The notes beneath the pieces were generated by a model, which worked only from the letters and a program-made list of their open reading frames with translations, did not search any database and had not been told where the DNA came from. The position numbers and the translations under genes are program-made. Positions 1 to 9,338 of a stretch of DNA of 64,000 nt are shown here, in pieces. The first letter of the stretch is position 1; every line of letters starts with the position of its first letter. This DNA comes from a virus (taxonomy: Duplodnaviria > Heunggongvirae > Uroviricota > Caudoviricetes), in IMG/VR virus record IMGVR_UViG_3300008987_000001; one strand, given 5' to 3'.

Positions 1-183
1 TATATTTAAATGTTTACAACCTAATCCACTTACATCACTATACTCAACATTTCGTTCATGGAATATACTATCAAGTCCTAAATTACATAGATATCTAATA
101 GTTAATCGATCTTCAGTAAATTCCATGCAAAATACACAATCACTACAAGATTGCATCTCACGAGAGAGATTAGTATTGCTCAT
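1..183 (-). CDS. Small Cys-rich hypothetical protein, running off the left edge
   Basis: Manual translation MSNTNLSREMQSCSDCVFCMEF...LCNLG...GCKHLNI is open to position 1. Its ATG overlaps the TGA of the 180..572 ORF (ATGA coupling). Confidence 0.6.
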   Translation of the reverse strand, partial: MSNTNLSREMQSCSDCVFCMEFTEDRLTIRYLCNLGLDSIFHERNVEYSDVSGLGCKHLNI

Positions 184-572
184 TTTAATTTACCATCCAA
201 ATTAGTGTATGCACTATATATAAAAGATGGATGTGATTGATCTTCATGTTCTAACCATGATAATGCTGCAAAGGTTGGGATGTCAAACACGATAGTGAAC
301 TCACCCTTCACATGAGCATTGAATATTACTCCATGGCCCATGAGGATCCACCAGATAGCCTTGAGTTTTAATTTGGTTCTTACCCATAGAGTGATCTGTG
401 GCATACCAAACATTTCAGCAGTTGAATTATATGCTTGTTCAGGACTAATCCCATTTCTAATATTTGCATTACAATTGGGATCTACGTACACAGCAACATC
501 GTCTCCTTGTGAGGGTTTATTCTCTGATCTAACACCATCTTTACTTACATAAATTGTAATTTCATCAGTCAT
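180..572 (-). CDS. Hypothetical protein (130 aa)
   Basis: ORF track; coupled start/stop overlaps with both neighbours. Confidence 0.7.
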   Translation of the reverse strand: MTDEITIYVSKDGVRSENKPSQGDDVAVYVDPNCNANIRNGISPEQAYNSTAEMFGMPQITLWVRTKLKLKAIWWILMGHGVIFNAHVKGEFTIVFDIPTFAALSWLEHEDQSHPSFIYSAYTNLDGKLK

Positions 573-1053
573 AAGTGAATTCCCTCACTTTTATATATGT
601 CTTAATATAGTTTAAGGCTTCTTGTTCAGTATCAAAATACCTCGAAGTCCCAAAAAATTGATCACCATCGCTATTTACGATGATAAACATCTTACGGGGC
701 TTTACTTCATAACCTTTGCACACTTCCTTTGCAATGTCCCACATGGCTACAAATGGACAGGTAAATTCATCTATGTTTAGGCATTTACCATTATCAAGGA
801 TATATTTACATCGTAGTGATTTATATTTCTCTGGCATTGATGATTTCTCTCCTTTTAATTTAGCCTGTAATCGTTCCCTTGTATATGCTGCTAATTCATC
901 AAGGGTTAAATGAAACATACAACACCCCTCTTTATAACATGATTCACTTTGTAATGGATTTGTACATTCCCATGATGGATTGCATGTAATAAATATACAT
1001 TGGTTACATCGATTGGGTATATTTTTTCCTATATCAATTACACCCTTGCTCAT
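565..1053 (-). CDS. Cys-rich hypothetical protein (162 aa)
   Basis: ORF track; CxxC and CxxxxxC clusters; part of a coupled operon. Confidence 0.65.
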   Translation of the reverse strand: MSKGVIDIGKNIPNRCNQCIFITCNPSWECTNPLQSESCYKEGCCMFHLTLDELAAYTRERLQAKLKGEKSSMPEKYKSLRCKYILDNGKCLNIDEFTCPFVAMWDIAKEVCKGYEVKPRKMFIIVNSDGDQFFGTSRYFDTEQEALNYIKTYIKVREFTYD

Positions 1054-1253
1054 TTTATCAGTCCATTGCCTAACTTGGTAGTTTTAGCGACTATTTTCAT
1101 TCTGCGAAAACTCATACTCTTTTTCATCAATCCAACTTCACATAATGCATTGATTCGTTCATAATCATCATCGTCAATGTCTCTGGCAACATGATATTTC
1201 CGAAGCAATTCAATGTCGCGATCGATATCTAACATAATTAACTTATCATTCAT
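1050..1253 (-). CDS. Small wHTH-like hypothetical protein
   Basis: C-terminal LCEVGLMKK...AKTTKLG resembles a wHTH wing; ATGA overlap with the next gene. Confidence 0.5.
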   Translation of the reverse strand: MNDKLIMLDIDRDIELLRKYHVARDIDDDDYERINALCEVGLMKKSMSFRRMKIVAKTTKLGNGLIK

Positions 1254-1312
1254 AATATACTTTAGAGTAACTTACTTTGAAGTAACATAATTACATGTCA
1301 TAACTTATCCTT

Positions 1313-1480
1313 CTACTCATCACACAATCTATACGGAGAACAACAACCAGTCTGTTCAATCCAATCATTCAATTCCAGCCAATTACATCCACAATCATAA
1401 TAATCACAATAATGACACCCATTTGTAGGTTCTTGTGTCCTAATCTTCGGATCTAAAAAATTAATGAATTCATTACTCAT
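1313..1480 (-). CDS. Small Cys-rich protein (55 aa, below the ORF-track cut-off)
   Basis: Manual translation MSNEF...GCHYCDYYDCGCNW...GCCSPYRLCDE; ATG overlaps the TGA of 1477..1731. Confidence 0.55.
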   Translation of the reverse strand: MSNEFINFLDPKIRTQEPTNGCHYCDYYDCGCNWLELNDWIEQTGCCSPYRLCDE

Positions 1481-1731
1481 TTAATTTCCTCATAACTACA
1501 CATCATATATTCTACTTCTATTCCATCGCTTTCATAGTAATCACACCCATCTGCACAACTACCGATATCTACTAACTTGTTGATACAGGGGCACATAACA
1601 GTATAACATTGTAGTAATTTACTTGTACACCCCTCATAATACTCATCACAGAGTTGTTCGCAAAGTGTGATACTGTGGAGTTGATCACTCAATGGACAGT
1701 AAACAGCCTTGATAATTGGTATGTGAATCAT
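1477..1731 (-). CDS. Cys-rich protein with an internal duplication
   Basis: Two similar halves: YCP..D...I..C...CDEYYEG...CY and MCP..N...I..C...CDYYESDG...CSY. Confidence 0.65.
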   Translation of the reverse strand: MIHIPIIKAVYCPLSDQLHSITLCEQLCDEYYEGCTSKLLQCYTVMCPCINKLVDIGSCADGCDYYESDGIEVEYMMCSYEEIK

Positions 1732-1852
1732 TCCAACTCCTTAACCAATTCCAGCATCTCATTTAATTCAGACACCACTACAAACCCCATTGGTCCCATT
1801 GATTTGTGAAATTCAATCTTCTTTTCAATATGAGCAATCAACTCTAATTTAG

Positions 1853-2248
1853 TCATTCCTTGTCCTCCGGTTTGCGCAGGGATAACACATCATCAAGCGC
1901 TGCCAGATATCCTAACTCATATTCCTCGTTTTTGATATTACAGGTATCAATCATTATATTTATCGATTCAATTACCCCCGCTGGAAGGGTGTCGGGTTCA
2001 ACTGTTGCAAGACCTCTCCGGACAGATTCTGCCATTAATGATATGTTATCTATCGATGACAAATCACGTGTGGTGTGCCGGGTATTCCAACATTTTATAA
2101 TCACATCCCTTCCATCAAGCTCCGTATCAATTAAACATTCGTCATTTGAGCAACGGATAAACCAAAATGAGTTTGGATCGGTTGAATTTTGCATATGTAA
2201 CTCCGCTTTACTCCCGCAAAACGGACAGGGTTTTAATTCATTGGTCAT
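1853..2248 (-). CDS. Lar-family restriction alleviation protein-like (Zn ribbon)
   Basis: N-terminus ELKPCPFCGSKAEL...FIRCSNDEC...WNTR matches the Lar family pattern (LKPCPFCG...CxxC...WNxR). Confidence 0.7.
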   Translation of the reverse strand: MTNELKPCPFCGSKAELHMQNSTDPNSFWFIRCSNDECLIDTELDGRDVIIKCWNTRHTTRDLSSIDNISLMAESVRRGLATVEPDTLPAGVIESINIMIDTCNIKNEEYELGYLAALDDVLSLRKPEDKE

Positions 2249-2562
2249 TCTGCCACCTCTGCATCAAGTAATCTGGGAGGTCGTTTAACATGGCGAAGGA
2301 CATAATCACAGGTATAGTCAAATTCCCCTCCAGGTGTTTCCTTATGGTGGATTTCTTGGCATTGTTGCCTGATTTCCCCCCAACATATTCCTTCAACTTC
2401 TAATGCCCATCCTTCGGTTGATTCCTCACGGAATTCACCCAATGCATTGTTTGCCCGATCTATTGCGTCCTGCTTTTTCCAATGAGTTTTATATCCCTCA
2501 TCTGAAGACATCCCACACTCTGTAACATATGAAAAATATTTAGGGAGATTCCCGTGTGTCAT
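2245..2562 (-). CDS. Hypothetical phage protein (105 aa)
   Basis: ORF track; GTG start overlaps the upstream stop. Confidence 0.65.
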   Translation of the reverse strand: MTHGNLPKYFSYVTECGMSSDEGYKTHWKKQDAIDRANNALGEFREESTEGWALEVEGICWGEIRQQCQEIHHKETPGGEFDYTCDYVLRHVKRPPRLLDAEVAE

Positions 2563-3818
2563 GCCAACACCTGTTGCCCTGGTTCAACTGTCGAAGAAAC
2601 CTGGCCGTCACTGATTACAAACCCCATACTCCCGGTTTCGTCAACCGCTTCAATCCATACCTGCATCCCGTGTTTTGAAGCCATATCTGCGATAATTTCG
2701 CGAGATTTGCTATCAAGAAGTGAACCGTCCCGGATAAGCAACACTTTCAGAGAAGGATTCATACTGATTCCAATAGCAACCGATACCCGGATTTGTTCGG
2801 CTGAACTTGCCTGTTTCAGCGAAAACCCGTTAAATAAAACACCTGTTTCGTCAAATGAAAGCCCCTTAACCGGAAATTTAGCAGACTCAAGTGTGTCTTT
2901 TTTGTCCTGGTCAATATCCTGAATCTGTTCAATGATGCAATCTAAATCTGCCTCAATATCCTTGAGACGAATGGAAAGATCATTTCGCTGTTTTTTAATC
3001 CGAACGTTCTGATTGATTGATTCGATTGATGAGAGTTTTTCCTGTAAAGGGGCAATAGGTTCAGGATGAATTTCTGCAAGGCTCTTTTCCATTTCCTCTT
3101 GAGATATATAGAGTTCTTCGAGTTGACGCTGAAGGGATGATATTCTCTCTCTTTTTTCTTCAATGACTTTATTATTTAACAAAATTGCATTGAGAATGCT
3201 TTCCTTTTCAGATTCCTGAGATGAAGCGGTCTTAATCTGTTGTATCAAACCGGTTGCAGATATTTCTTCATCAGGAGTACCTTCAGGCACAGTGGAGAGT
3301 TCAGAAATCTGCATCTCGATTAATTTTTGTTTGGATGAGATCTGATTTTTTTCACGTAAGAGTTCTGATTTCTGGAAATCATATTCAGAGAAATCAATCC
3401 CTAACAAATCCATTAATGCTTGCCGCTGATCTCTCGGTTGCATCCGAATAAATTCCAGTGGGTCAAAACCTACCTGAGAAAAAAACTTATCCAGCATTGC
3501 CTGAGGAGATTTGTATACTGCTCCATCCTTACTTTCAACTTTGAGCTGGGAACCTGAAGGGGTCCATGTCCGGGTTACAATCATATCTCCTAGGTCAAGA
3601 GATACAGTTGCTTTCTTTTCTCCCTGGTGGATAGGTTCCGGGATCTGTCCTGACACATCCCGCCAGTTCAGGGCAGCACAAATAGCATTCAGGATAGATG
3701 ATTTCCCCTCTCCGTTTGCTCCGGTGATGTATACGATATCACCAGACGGTGAGATTGAGACTGCTTTCAGCCGCATGAAGTTTTCAGCGGTGAGTTTCAG
3801 GATCTTCCGGTCGGTCAT
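2559..3818 (-). CDS. SMC/Rad50/SbcC-like ABC ATPase with a short coiled coil
   Basis: Walker A GANGEGKSS, central coiled coil, signature-like ASSAEQ, Walker B/D-loop LLIRDGSLLD, and terminal WIE motif. Confidence 0.85.
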   Translation of the reverse strand: MTDRKILKLTAENFMRLKAVSISPSGDIVYITGANGEGKSSILNAICAALNWRDVSGQIPEPIHQGEKKATVSLDLGDMIVTRTWTPSGSQLKVESKDGAVYKSPQAMLDKFFSQVGFDPLEFIRMQPRDQRQALMDLLGIDFSEYDFQKSELLREKNQISSKQKLIEMQISELSTVPEGTPDEEISATGLIQQIKTASSQESEKESILNAILLNNKVIEEKRERISSLQRQLEELYISQEEMEKSLAEIHPEPIAPLQEKLSSIESINQNVRIKKQRNDLSIRLKDIEADLDCIIEQIQDIDQDKKDTLESAKFPVKGLSFDETGVLFNGFSLKQASSAEQIRVSVAIGISMNPSLKVLLIRDGSLLDSKSREIIADMASKHGMQVWIEAVDETGSMGFVISDGQVSSTVEPGQQVLA

Positions 3819-4288
3819 GTTTCCTCACCTGCAGGTTTTACAACCAAATCAGCAAATGATAAATCAGGGGCGTTTAATATTCGTATGCTGTCAGAATATC
3901 TTGAAATTGACTTTTTCCCAGGATAATCTGAATATTTGCATTGTCCCAGATTCATCCGGCAATAATTTTTATTACTTCCTGCAATACACCCGTTCAATTC
4001 ACATCTAGAATCAAAACCATTTGATGGGCGTTTATATCTCTCAATTAAGAAAGTCGGATATGGTTCATTACATTCAATAGATTCAGCATATCGTATTGCT
4101 TCATCCAGTCTCCAGAACAATCCTAATTGAGTAAGATCTCCTCCAAAAGTTCCATCATCAAATACCGAAACAGTCCAAGTATTTTTACCTAATCTATTTT
4201 GAGAATCCGGATGAACACATATTGTTCCGGGTTTTGGCCAATCTCTTTTTGAATCAAGCCAATCTCGAGAATAAAAAAATTTTATCAT
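3815..4288 (-). CDS. Hypothetical protein with a C-terminal Cys cluster
   Basis: ORF track; coupled to neighbours. Confidence 0.6.
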   Translation of the reverse strand: MIKFFYSRDWLDSKRDWPKPGTICVHPDSQNRLGKNTWTVSVFDDGTFGGDLTQLGLFWRLDEAIRYAESIECNEPYPTFLIERYKRPSNGFDSRCELNGCIAGSNKNYCRMNLGQCKYSDYPGKKSISRYSDSIRILNAPDLSFADLVVKPAGEET

Positions 4289-4473
4289 TCCTTCACCACC
4301 AGGATTTTACATGGGCCGTCTACAGTTACACCATACGTAATTCCATCCGGAATTCCTGTTAAATCCACACCTTCCCGGCTTTCTAGTTCTGCAACCAGCA
4401 CTGATGTAGGTATTTTTGCGATTCGTTTTCGCATCGCTACCATTTCAATTTCTTTAACTTCTTCAGGGGTCAT
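4285..4473 (-). CDS. Small phage protein with a PTxxLVxELExREGV motif
   Basis: IPTSVLVAELESREGV is paralogous to TTDRLVKELESREGV in 4796..4990. Confidence 0.65.
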   Translation of the reverse strand: MTPEEVKEIEMVAMRKRIAKIPTSVLVAELESREGVDLTGIPDGITYGVTVDGPCKILVVKE

Positions 4474-4489
4474 TTAATCCACCACCCAG

Positions 4490-4795
4490 TTATCTGTCTT
4501 CGTGCATTTCGATATGAATATTAGATAATTCTTCTAAATACTCTTCAGCGTCATTCTTTGCGGTGTATGTATCAGCAGTTGAAAATGATTTTATTACCAT
4601 ATTACCTGCCATAACATCATAACGAACCGGAATCTGATGCATAAACCATTGACAAAACATCCCTATCTTATCCTGAAACGGATAATTCGTGAACGGGCAC
4701 CGAACATATCCAATAGCCATACTCTCATTTACTACGTTATTGGCACATTGCGTCCCGTACCTAGCCCAAACACATTGAACGGGCTTATCTGGCAT
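4490..4795 (-). CDS. Cys-containing hypothetical protein
   Basis: ORF track; upstream GGTG SD. Confidence 0.6.
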   Translation of the reverse strand: MPDKPVQCVWARYGTQCANNVVNESMAIGYVRCPFTNYPFQDKIGMFCQWFMHQIPVRYDVMAGNMVIKSFSTADTYTAKNDAEEYLEELSNIHIEMHEDR

Positions 4796-4990
4796 TTAAT
4801 CCACCACCACTTCAAGTAGAATTTTATTTCCGGGTATTGTCTGACGATGTTTAAAAATATCTTCGCGTGTTGACCATTTAGGATATTTTGTTACCCCTTC
4901 CCGGCTTTCAAGTTCTTTTACTAACCGGTCTGTCGTAATTGTGCTCAATATACTTGATATTGTAAGTTCCATTGCCGGATCACCAGTCAT
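4796..4990 (-). CDS. Small phage protein, paralogue of 4285..4473 (likely start 4990)
   Basis: ELESREGV motif. ATG at 4990 overlaps the TGA of a 35-aa ORF at 4987..5094. Confidence 0.6.
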   Translation of the reverse strand: MTGDPAMELTISSILSTITTDRLVKELESREGVTKYPKWSTREDIFKHRQTIPGNKILLEVVVD

Positions 4991-5164
4991 TTGATTACCT
5001 CTAATATCCATGATGCAGGCATTCTTGTAGTATAATCAACATCCTTTTTTGTGGGGTCTGGTTTGAAAAATGGGCACAATTCATCATCGCTCATGTCATC
5101 ACCATTATCAAAATCACACCTGTAACAATCCCGAGTAAATATGCATATAGTAGATCAATGCATC

Positions 5165-5290
5165 TCATGGTATCAACCTGCATCCTTCCCCGTTCCCTGT
5201 CTGTATTTCCCCCCACGCCATGCACCGCTCTTTCTGACACATTACAAAATCACACCTACTCATAAACGGACAAATCTTCTCATCGCTCAT
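5165..5290 (-). CDS. 41-aa Cys4 microprotein
   Basis: Manual translation MSDEKICPFMSRCDFVMCQKERCMAWGEIQTGNGEGCRLIP; shares MSD.E.CPF with the ORF at 4987..5094. Confidence 0.55.
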   Translation of the reverse strand: MSDEKICPFMSRCDFVMCQKERCMAWGEIQTGNGEGCRLIP

Positions 5291-5393
5291 CGTCCCACCA
5301 TTAAACACCCGAAATAATATCCCACAAAAAACCCGCATAACCAGCCAAATACGCCGATACTAAAAATAACAACGTCGGTCATGATGATTTCTC

Positions 5394-5606
5394 TCATGGA
5401 TCATAAATACTAGTAAGCATTCGACCTACTTCTTTCTGAACCCATGTAGGATTTTCTTTTATTGATGTTTCAAGAAATTCCATTTCGGATTCACTTAACT
5501 TCTTTAAAATTATTCTAATTTTTGATTCATCAGATGCAAGGTTAGATCGTCGTCGCATCTCCTCTTTTAGTTCCTCAATCGGAATGTTTGATAAATCAAT
5601 TACCAT
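5394..5606 (-). CDS. Small hypothetical protein (DLSNIPIEELKEEMRRR N-terminus)
   Basis: ORF track; GAGGT SD. Confidence 0.65.
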   Translation of the reverse strand: MVIDLSNIPIEELKEEMRRRSNLASDESKIRIILKKLSESEMEFLETSIKENPTWVQKEVGRMLTSIYDP

Positions 5607-5851
5607 TATACCTCACCTAATACATGATCAATTTTATAATTAGTATTTAACACCCTTGCATTCCCACCATGTCCCTCCAATACATCGGCATTGTTCGGGA
5701 AGTTTAAGCGTAGTATAATTGGTCTTCCAGTGTTTACGCTGAATCGTATGGCTTCATACACATCAGCCCATGCTCGGACAGGTGGTTTAATGACACCTTC
5801 TGATTTATACTTGAGTAATTTTTTCATTGACGTGACGTGATACACTTTCAT
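5606..5851 (-). CDS. Hypothetical protein
   Basis: ORF track; TAATG overlaps on both sides. Confidence 0.65.
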   Translation of the reverse strand: MKVYHVTSMKKLLKYKSEGVIKPPVRAWADVYEAIRFSVNTGRPIILRLNFPNNADVLEGHGGNARVLNTNYKIDHVLGEV

Positions 5852-6063
5852 TAGCCATCACCCACATATACATTACAATCTCTAAATTTACCAATACTTT
5901 GATTAGGTTGATTAACTTCCCAATAGGCCACATAATTTTGTTCTATACATGACGTGCTATCAATATAACTTTGATACTCCCCTGCTTTATATAACCAACA
6001 ATAGCGTAAACATAATTCAGTGCGATTACAACCATTTCCATTACACAATGCTGTGTCCACCAT
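5851..6063 (-). CDS. Cys-rich phage protein (CxGxGCxxxxxCxRY)
   Basis: ALCNGNGCNRTELCLRY pattern. Confidence 0.6.
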   Translation of the reverse strand: MVDTALCNGNGCNRTELCLRYCWLYKAGEYQSYIDSTSCIEQNYVAYWEVNQPNQSIGKFRDCNVYVGDG

Positions 6064-6234
6064 TTAATATACCTCACCAATTTGTATATCAAAATGTTTA
6101 CAAAATGCAATAGTGATATTTCTACTTTCATACATATGATTTTCAGTAAATCTACAAATGCAATTAGATAATTCCATACATCTCTTTTGAGTTAATGGAC
6201 ACTTTACATCCTTTGCTAATCTTTCAGCAATCAT
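6064..6234 (-). CDS. Small Cys-rich protein (likely start 6234)
   Basis: MIAERLAKDVKCPLTQKRC...; ATG overlaps the upstream TGA. Confidence 0.55.
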   Translation of the reverse strand: MIAERLAKDVKCPLTQKRCMELSNCICRFTENHMYESRNITIAFCKHFDIQIGEVY

Positions 6235-6455
6235 TGAGCACCACACTTCCACTCATCATTATAGCCATTTAGATGGGGGCAATTTTCTGGGTACATAGTG
6301 GTTGTGTTGTAAGTTTGCTTTGTTATTCCACACATCTTATGAATAGATTCACAGTATGGATGAGATTCAAAGCAGGTAGTGCAGTTAAATGTTGTATCAA
6401 ATATCATATAACTATGCACCTGATAATCGTGTAATGTGACGTTGAAGCAATTCAC
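6231..6455 (-). CDS. Cys-rich hypothetical protein
   Basis: ORF track; CTTC...C...C...C pattern. Confidence 0.55.
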   Translation of the reverse strand: MNCFNVTLHDYQVHSYMIFDTTFNCTTCFESHPYCESIHKMCGITKQTYNTTTMYPENCPHLNGYNDEWKCGAQ

Positions 6456-6894
6456 TAATATAGTTCTGGTTAATCTGTTCTTTCTGTAAGAATGGAATCA
6501 ATTCCTCAACTGTATCAAACTTCACCATGTGACAAATATCATTAAGGAATTCAACTGAATCGTTATTATCTGTTAATCCATAGATAGATTGTAACCAATC
6601 ACACCCACTACATGATCCATAATATGAAGTTTTATAATAGTAATGCTCTCCATCATGACCTATACACGCCCATTCACCCTGATAATTATGATCATCTTCA
6701 CATTCCCAGTGTGGTATCTGTTCATTAACTCCTGCTAATATATCATCATACCATGCTGAAAAATCCATACCTTTGTTACCATTCCCCCAATCATAATGTT
6801 CCCAAAATGTATCAGGTAGATGATATGGTATATTATCTCTATGTAACTTTCCATCAACTAAACTAAATTTATGTGTTTGAACTAATTCTATCAT
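6412..6894 (-). CDS. Hypothetical protein (160 aa; YGSCSGCDW motif)
   Basis: ORF track; GGAG SD. Confidence 0.7.
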   Translation of the reverse strand: MIELVQTHKFSLVDGKLHRDNIPYHLPDTFWEHYDWGNGNKGMDFSAWYDDILAGVNEQIPHWECEDDHNYQGEWACIGHDGEHYYYKTSYYGSCSGCDWLQSIYGLTDNNDSVEFLNDICHMVKFDTVEELIPFLQKEQINQNYISELLQRHITRLSGA

Positions 6895-7085
6895 AAAGTG
6901 TTACTCCTTTTCAAATTTGGCCTTTAACTCTAGGTACTTTTTATACTCGGCATCATTATCACTCTTCATAATCTATATATTCTCCATCTTTAGTTACTTT
7001 AGATTTACTTAAGTAGACTTCTCCGAGATCGTTGCATAGAGGACAATGTTTTGATCGTCCTTTGCATCTTGGGCAGGTAACTCTG

Positions 7086-7391
7086 TTAATTATAATCACC
7101 TAATTTAATTTTCCCTGGCCACGTAACTGTTGATGACTGTTCAATGTTCAGGGTCATTTCAATTGTATCATTGATGCGTTCCATGACTTCCGGGATCGGT
7201 GGAAACTTATGCAATGTATATAATTGATAATCTACTTCATTGTATATATCAGTTATCAGAGTTATTGCATTATAGTAGTCTTGGATAGTTTCAACTTTCT
7301 TCATTGTAAGTAAATCCTTGAGATATGTATCAAGAATGCTCATGGATTTATTATATAATGGAAGGAGCGCAGGATCATATAGTTGGATCAT
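7086..7391 (-). CDS. Hypothetical protein (101 aa)
   Basis: ORF track; TATA-like TTTTTATATATT about 25 nt upstream. Confidence 0.65.
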   Translation of the reverse strand: MIQLYDPALLPLYNKSMSILDTYLKDLLTMKKVETIQDYYNAITLITDIYNEVDYQLYTLHKFPPIPEVMERINDTIEMTLNIEQSSTVTWPGKIKLGDYN

Positions 7392-7427
7392 ATTATCAAT
7401 ATATAAAAATTGCAGATAACTCTAGGA

Positions 7428-7697
7428 CTATCTCCATCCATAGAACCATTGATCAATGAGCCAAGGATACATTGGAACTATGCCAATTTTATTTAACCAA
7501 TAGTATGTTAGGAATATTCCAATGAGCATTACAAAGAAGTCTTCAATGTAATATACATGCTTCCCAGTGTTCAGATCTCTCACTTGGAATGCAGGTAACT
7601 TACATATAATAATGAGGATCCCAATGATTCCCCATAACCAGTAAGACCATTCAGGCATTGAGCCAGCAGGCATAAAAAGTGTCATATAGTGTATCAT
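7428..7697 (-). CDS. Small membrane protein with 2 predicted TM helices
   Basis: Hydrophobic segments WLWGIIGILIIIC and FFVMLIGIFLTYYWL. Confidence 0.65.
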   Translation of the reverse strand: MIHYMTLFMPAGSMPEWSYWLWGIIGILIIICKLPAFQVRDLNTGKHVYYIEDFFVMLIGIFLTYYWLNKIGIVPMYPWLIDQWFYGWR

Positions 7698-7918
7698 ACT
7701 CCATTGTTAGATAATTTTTCGCTAGGTAACTCTACGAAGTTTAGTTGACCATGGGGTGTAACTTGTAAAACTCTACCACAATCACATTCAAAAGATAAAT
7801 TATAAAAAAGTATACAATTCAACTGTCCATAAGTAAAGTTCCATTTAATGTTACAAGGACATGTTACGATAGTTGATACAAATTGCATGTTACATCTCCA
7901 ATTTTCACCAATTAACAT
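7694..7918 (-). CDS. Zn-ribbon hypothetical protein
   Basis: CPC...CDCG motifs. Confidence 0.55.
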   Translation of the reverse strand: MLIGENWRCNMQFVSTIVTCPCNIKWNFTYGQLNCILFYNLSFECDCGRVLQVTPHGQLNFVELPSEKLSNNGV

Positions 7919-7932
7919 CTCACTAGGTAATT

Positions 7933-8139
7933 CTACTTCCCATCATCAAGGAGGGTTTGTTCCAAGTAATTGATTCGATCAATTAACTTATCAATTTTCG
8001 CATTTTATTCATTAATCATTTCAACAAGCACTGCATCATTAAGTGTAAGTTTTTTTAGGATTGTTATAACTGATTTCATATGCAGTCATCTGCTGTTAAT
8101 TTGTTCAAAAAAACTTAATGTTCGTTCATTAATTTTCAT
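7933..8139 (-). pseudogene. Possible degraded coiled-coil ORF with two in-frame stops
   Basis: One frame reads MKINERTLSFFEQINSR*LHMKSVITILKK...INE*NAKIDKLIDRINYLEQTLLDDGK*, with TGA at 8086-8088 and TAA at 8005-8007. Confidence 0.3.
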
Positions 8140-8343
8140 AATAGATACCAGTAGGTTTTAATACGTTACAATTGAATTTCTTTGGGGTTTCGAAAGGGGC
8201 GAATGAAATGAAGTCCCTTCGTTTTTGCCGGGTAACTCTAAGGTAATTTTTAAACTAGGTATGGTCCTAAAAACCAGGTTAAAAATGAATAAGGGGTTGA
8301 TTTTTGAATAAAGGGTGAAAATTTTAAATAGAGTGTAGAGTCA

Positions 8344-8622
8344 TCACACACACTTTGGATCTGCTGCATGACTAAAAATCACCTCACGTATGGGAATGAT
8401 GCATGGTTTGGATTCATTACGAAGTTCACATACTACCTTGCTATGATCTGGTCGTGTGACCACAAGCCTATGCAAATCGAATGTGTATGATGTAGATTCG
8501 TCTATAAGGTCCACCAAGGACTTATACACATGATCAAATTTCGCAAAGTCATGAGTGTATGTTTTGATGGTGTCGTGTTTGTAATACTTTCTAGTGAGTC
8601 TGTAAGGCTTGTCAATGTTCAT
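8344..8622 (-). CDS. Hypothetical protein
   Basis: ORF track; GGAG SD. Confidence 0.65.
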   Translation of the reverse strand: MNIDKPYRLTRKYYKHDTIKTYTHDFAKFDHVYKSLVDLIDESTSYTFDLHRLVVTRPDHSKVVCELRNESKPCIIPIREVIFSHAADPKCV

Positions 8623-8764
8623 AAGGTATCCTCCAAAATAAGTTATGTGTCTTCTAATAACTTCACAATACTGATGATTTCTACATCACTTGCTTCATTG
8701 AGCACACAATGGATGTATTTCTCATCTGGGACTTTGAATACTTTGATATGTTTTACTTTGTATG

Positions 8765-8989
8765 TTACTTCAAATAATGGCATGGGTCATGATCTCCTTC
8801 AAATAGTGGTTGTAAGTTATGAGATGTGATGTATGTATCAATCTCTTGATCTGTTAGCACTTCTATGTTACACATATCTGTAAACACTGTTGACTCCATT
8901 GATGGAGTAGTGGATGTGTAAATTATAAGGATTGGCATGTGGTGTGACTCCTTCTTTATAAATGTAATAATATGCTTACCTATGGACAT
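8765..8989 (-). CDS. Hypothetical protein
   Basis: ORF track; the true start may be the internal MPIL codon. Confidence 0.5.
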   Translation of the reverse strand: MSIGKHIITFIKKESHHMPILIIYTSTTPSMESTVFTDMCNIEVLTDQEIDTYITSHNLQPLFEGDHDPCHYLK

Positions 8990-9338
8990 CTACATCGATC
9001 ATTATCGCATCATCACGGGGATCAATGTTAAGATGATATGTGGTGTTCAAGTGTTCAATAATGGTTTCTTCCACGTCACCCATGTCCATACCACGTGGAT
9101 CAATGTCGAGATCATCTTCGTATGTGATCATTGCTGTGAATGATCCATCTGGATTAGGTGTGATAGAATTCACTGTGTAGTCTGTGATTTCTATGCAGTC
9201 AGCGATCACTTGTATGTGATCATCCCCATCATCATTGTAAAAGGTGTATGGAAAGGTGATGCTGTATGATGCAGTGCGATCATGATCGCCCGGTAGACTT
9301 GATACTCCGGGTGGTAAATCCCATCCAAAATTTGTCAT
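8976..9338 (-). CDS. Acidic hypothetical protein (N-terminal WDLPPGV motif)
   Basis: ORF track; GGAGG SD. Confidence 0.7.
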   Translation of the reverse strand: MTNFGWDLPPGVSSLPGDHDRTASYSITFPYTFYNDDGDDHIQVIADCIEITDYTVNSITPNPDGSFTAMITYEDDLDIDPRGMDMGDVEETIIEHLNTTYHLNIDPRDDAIMIDVDVHR

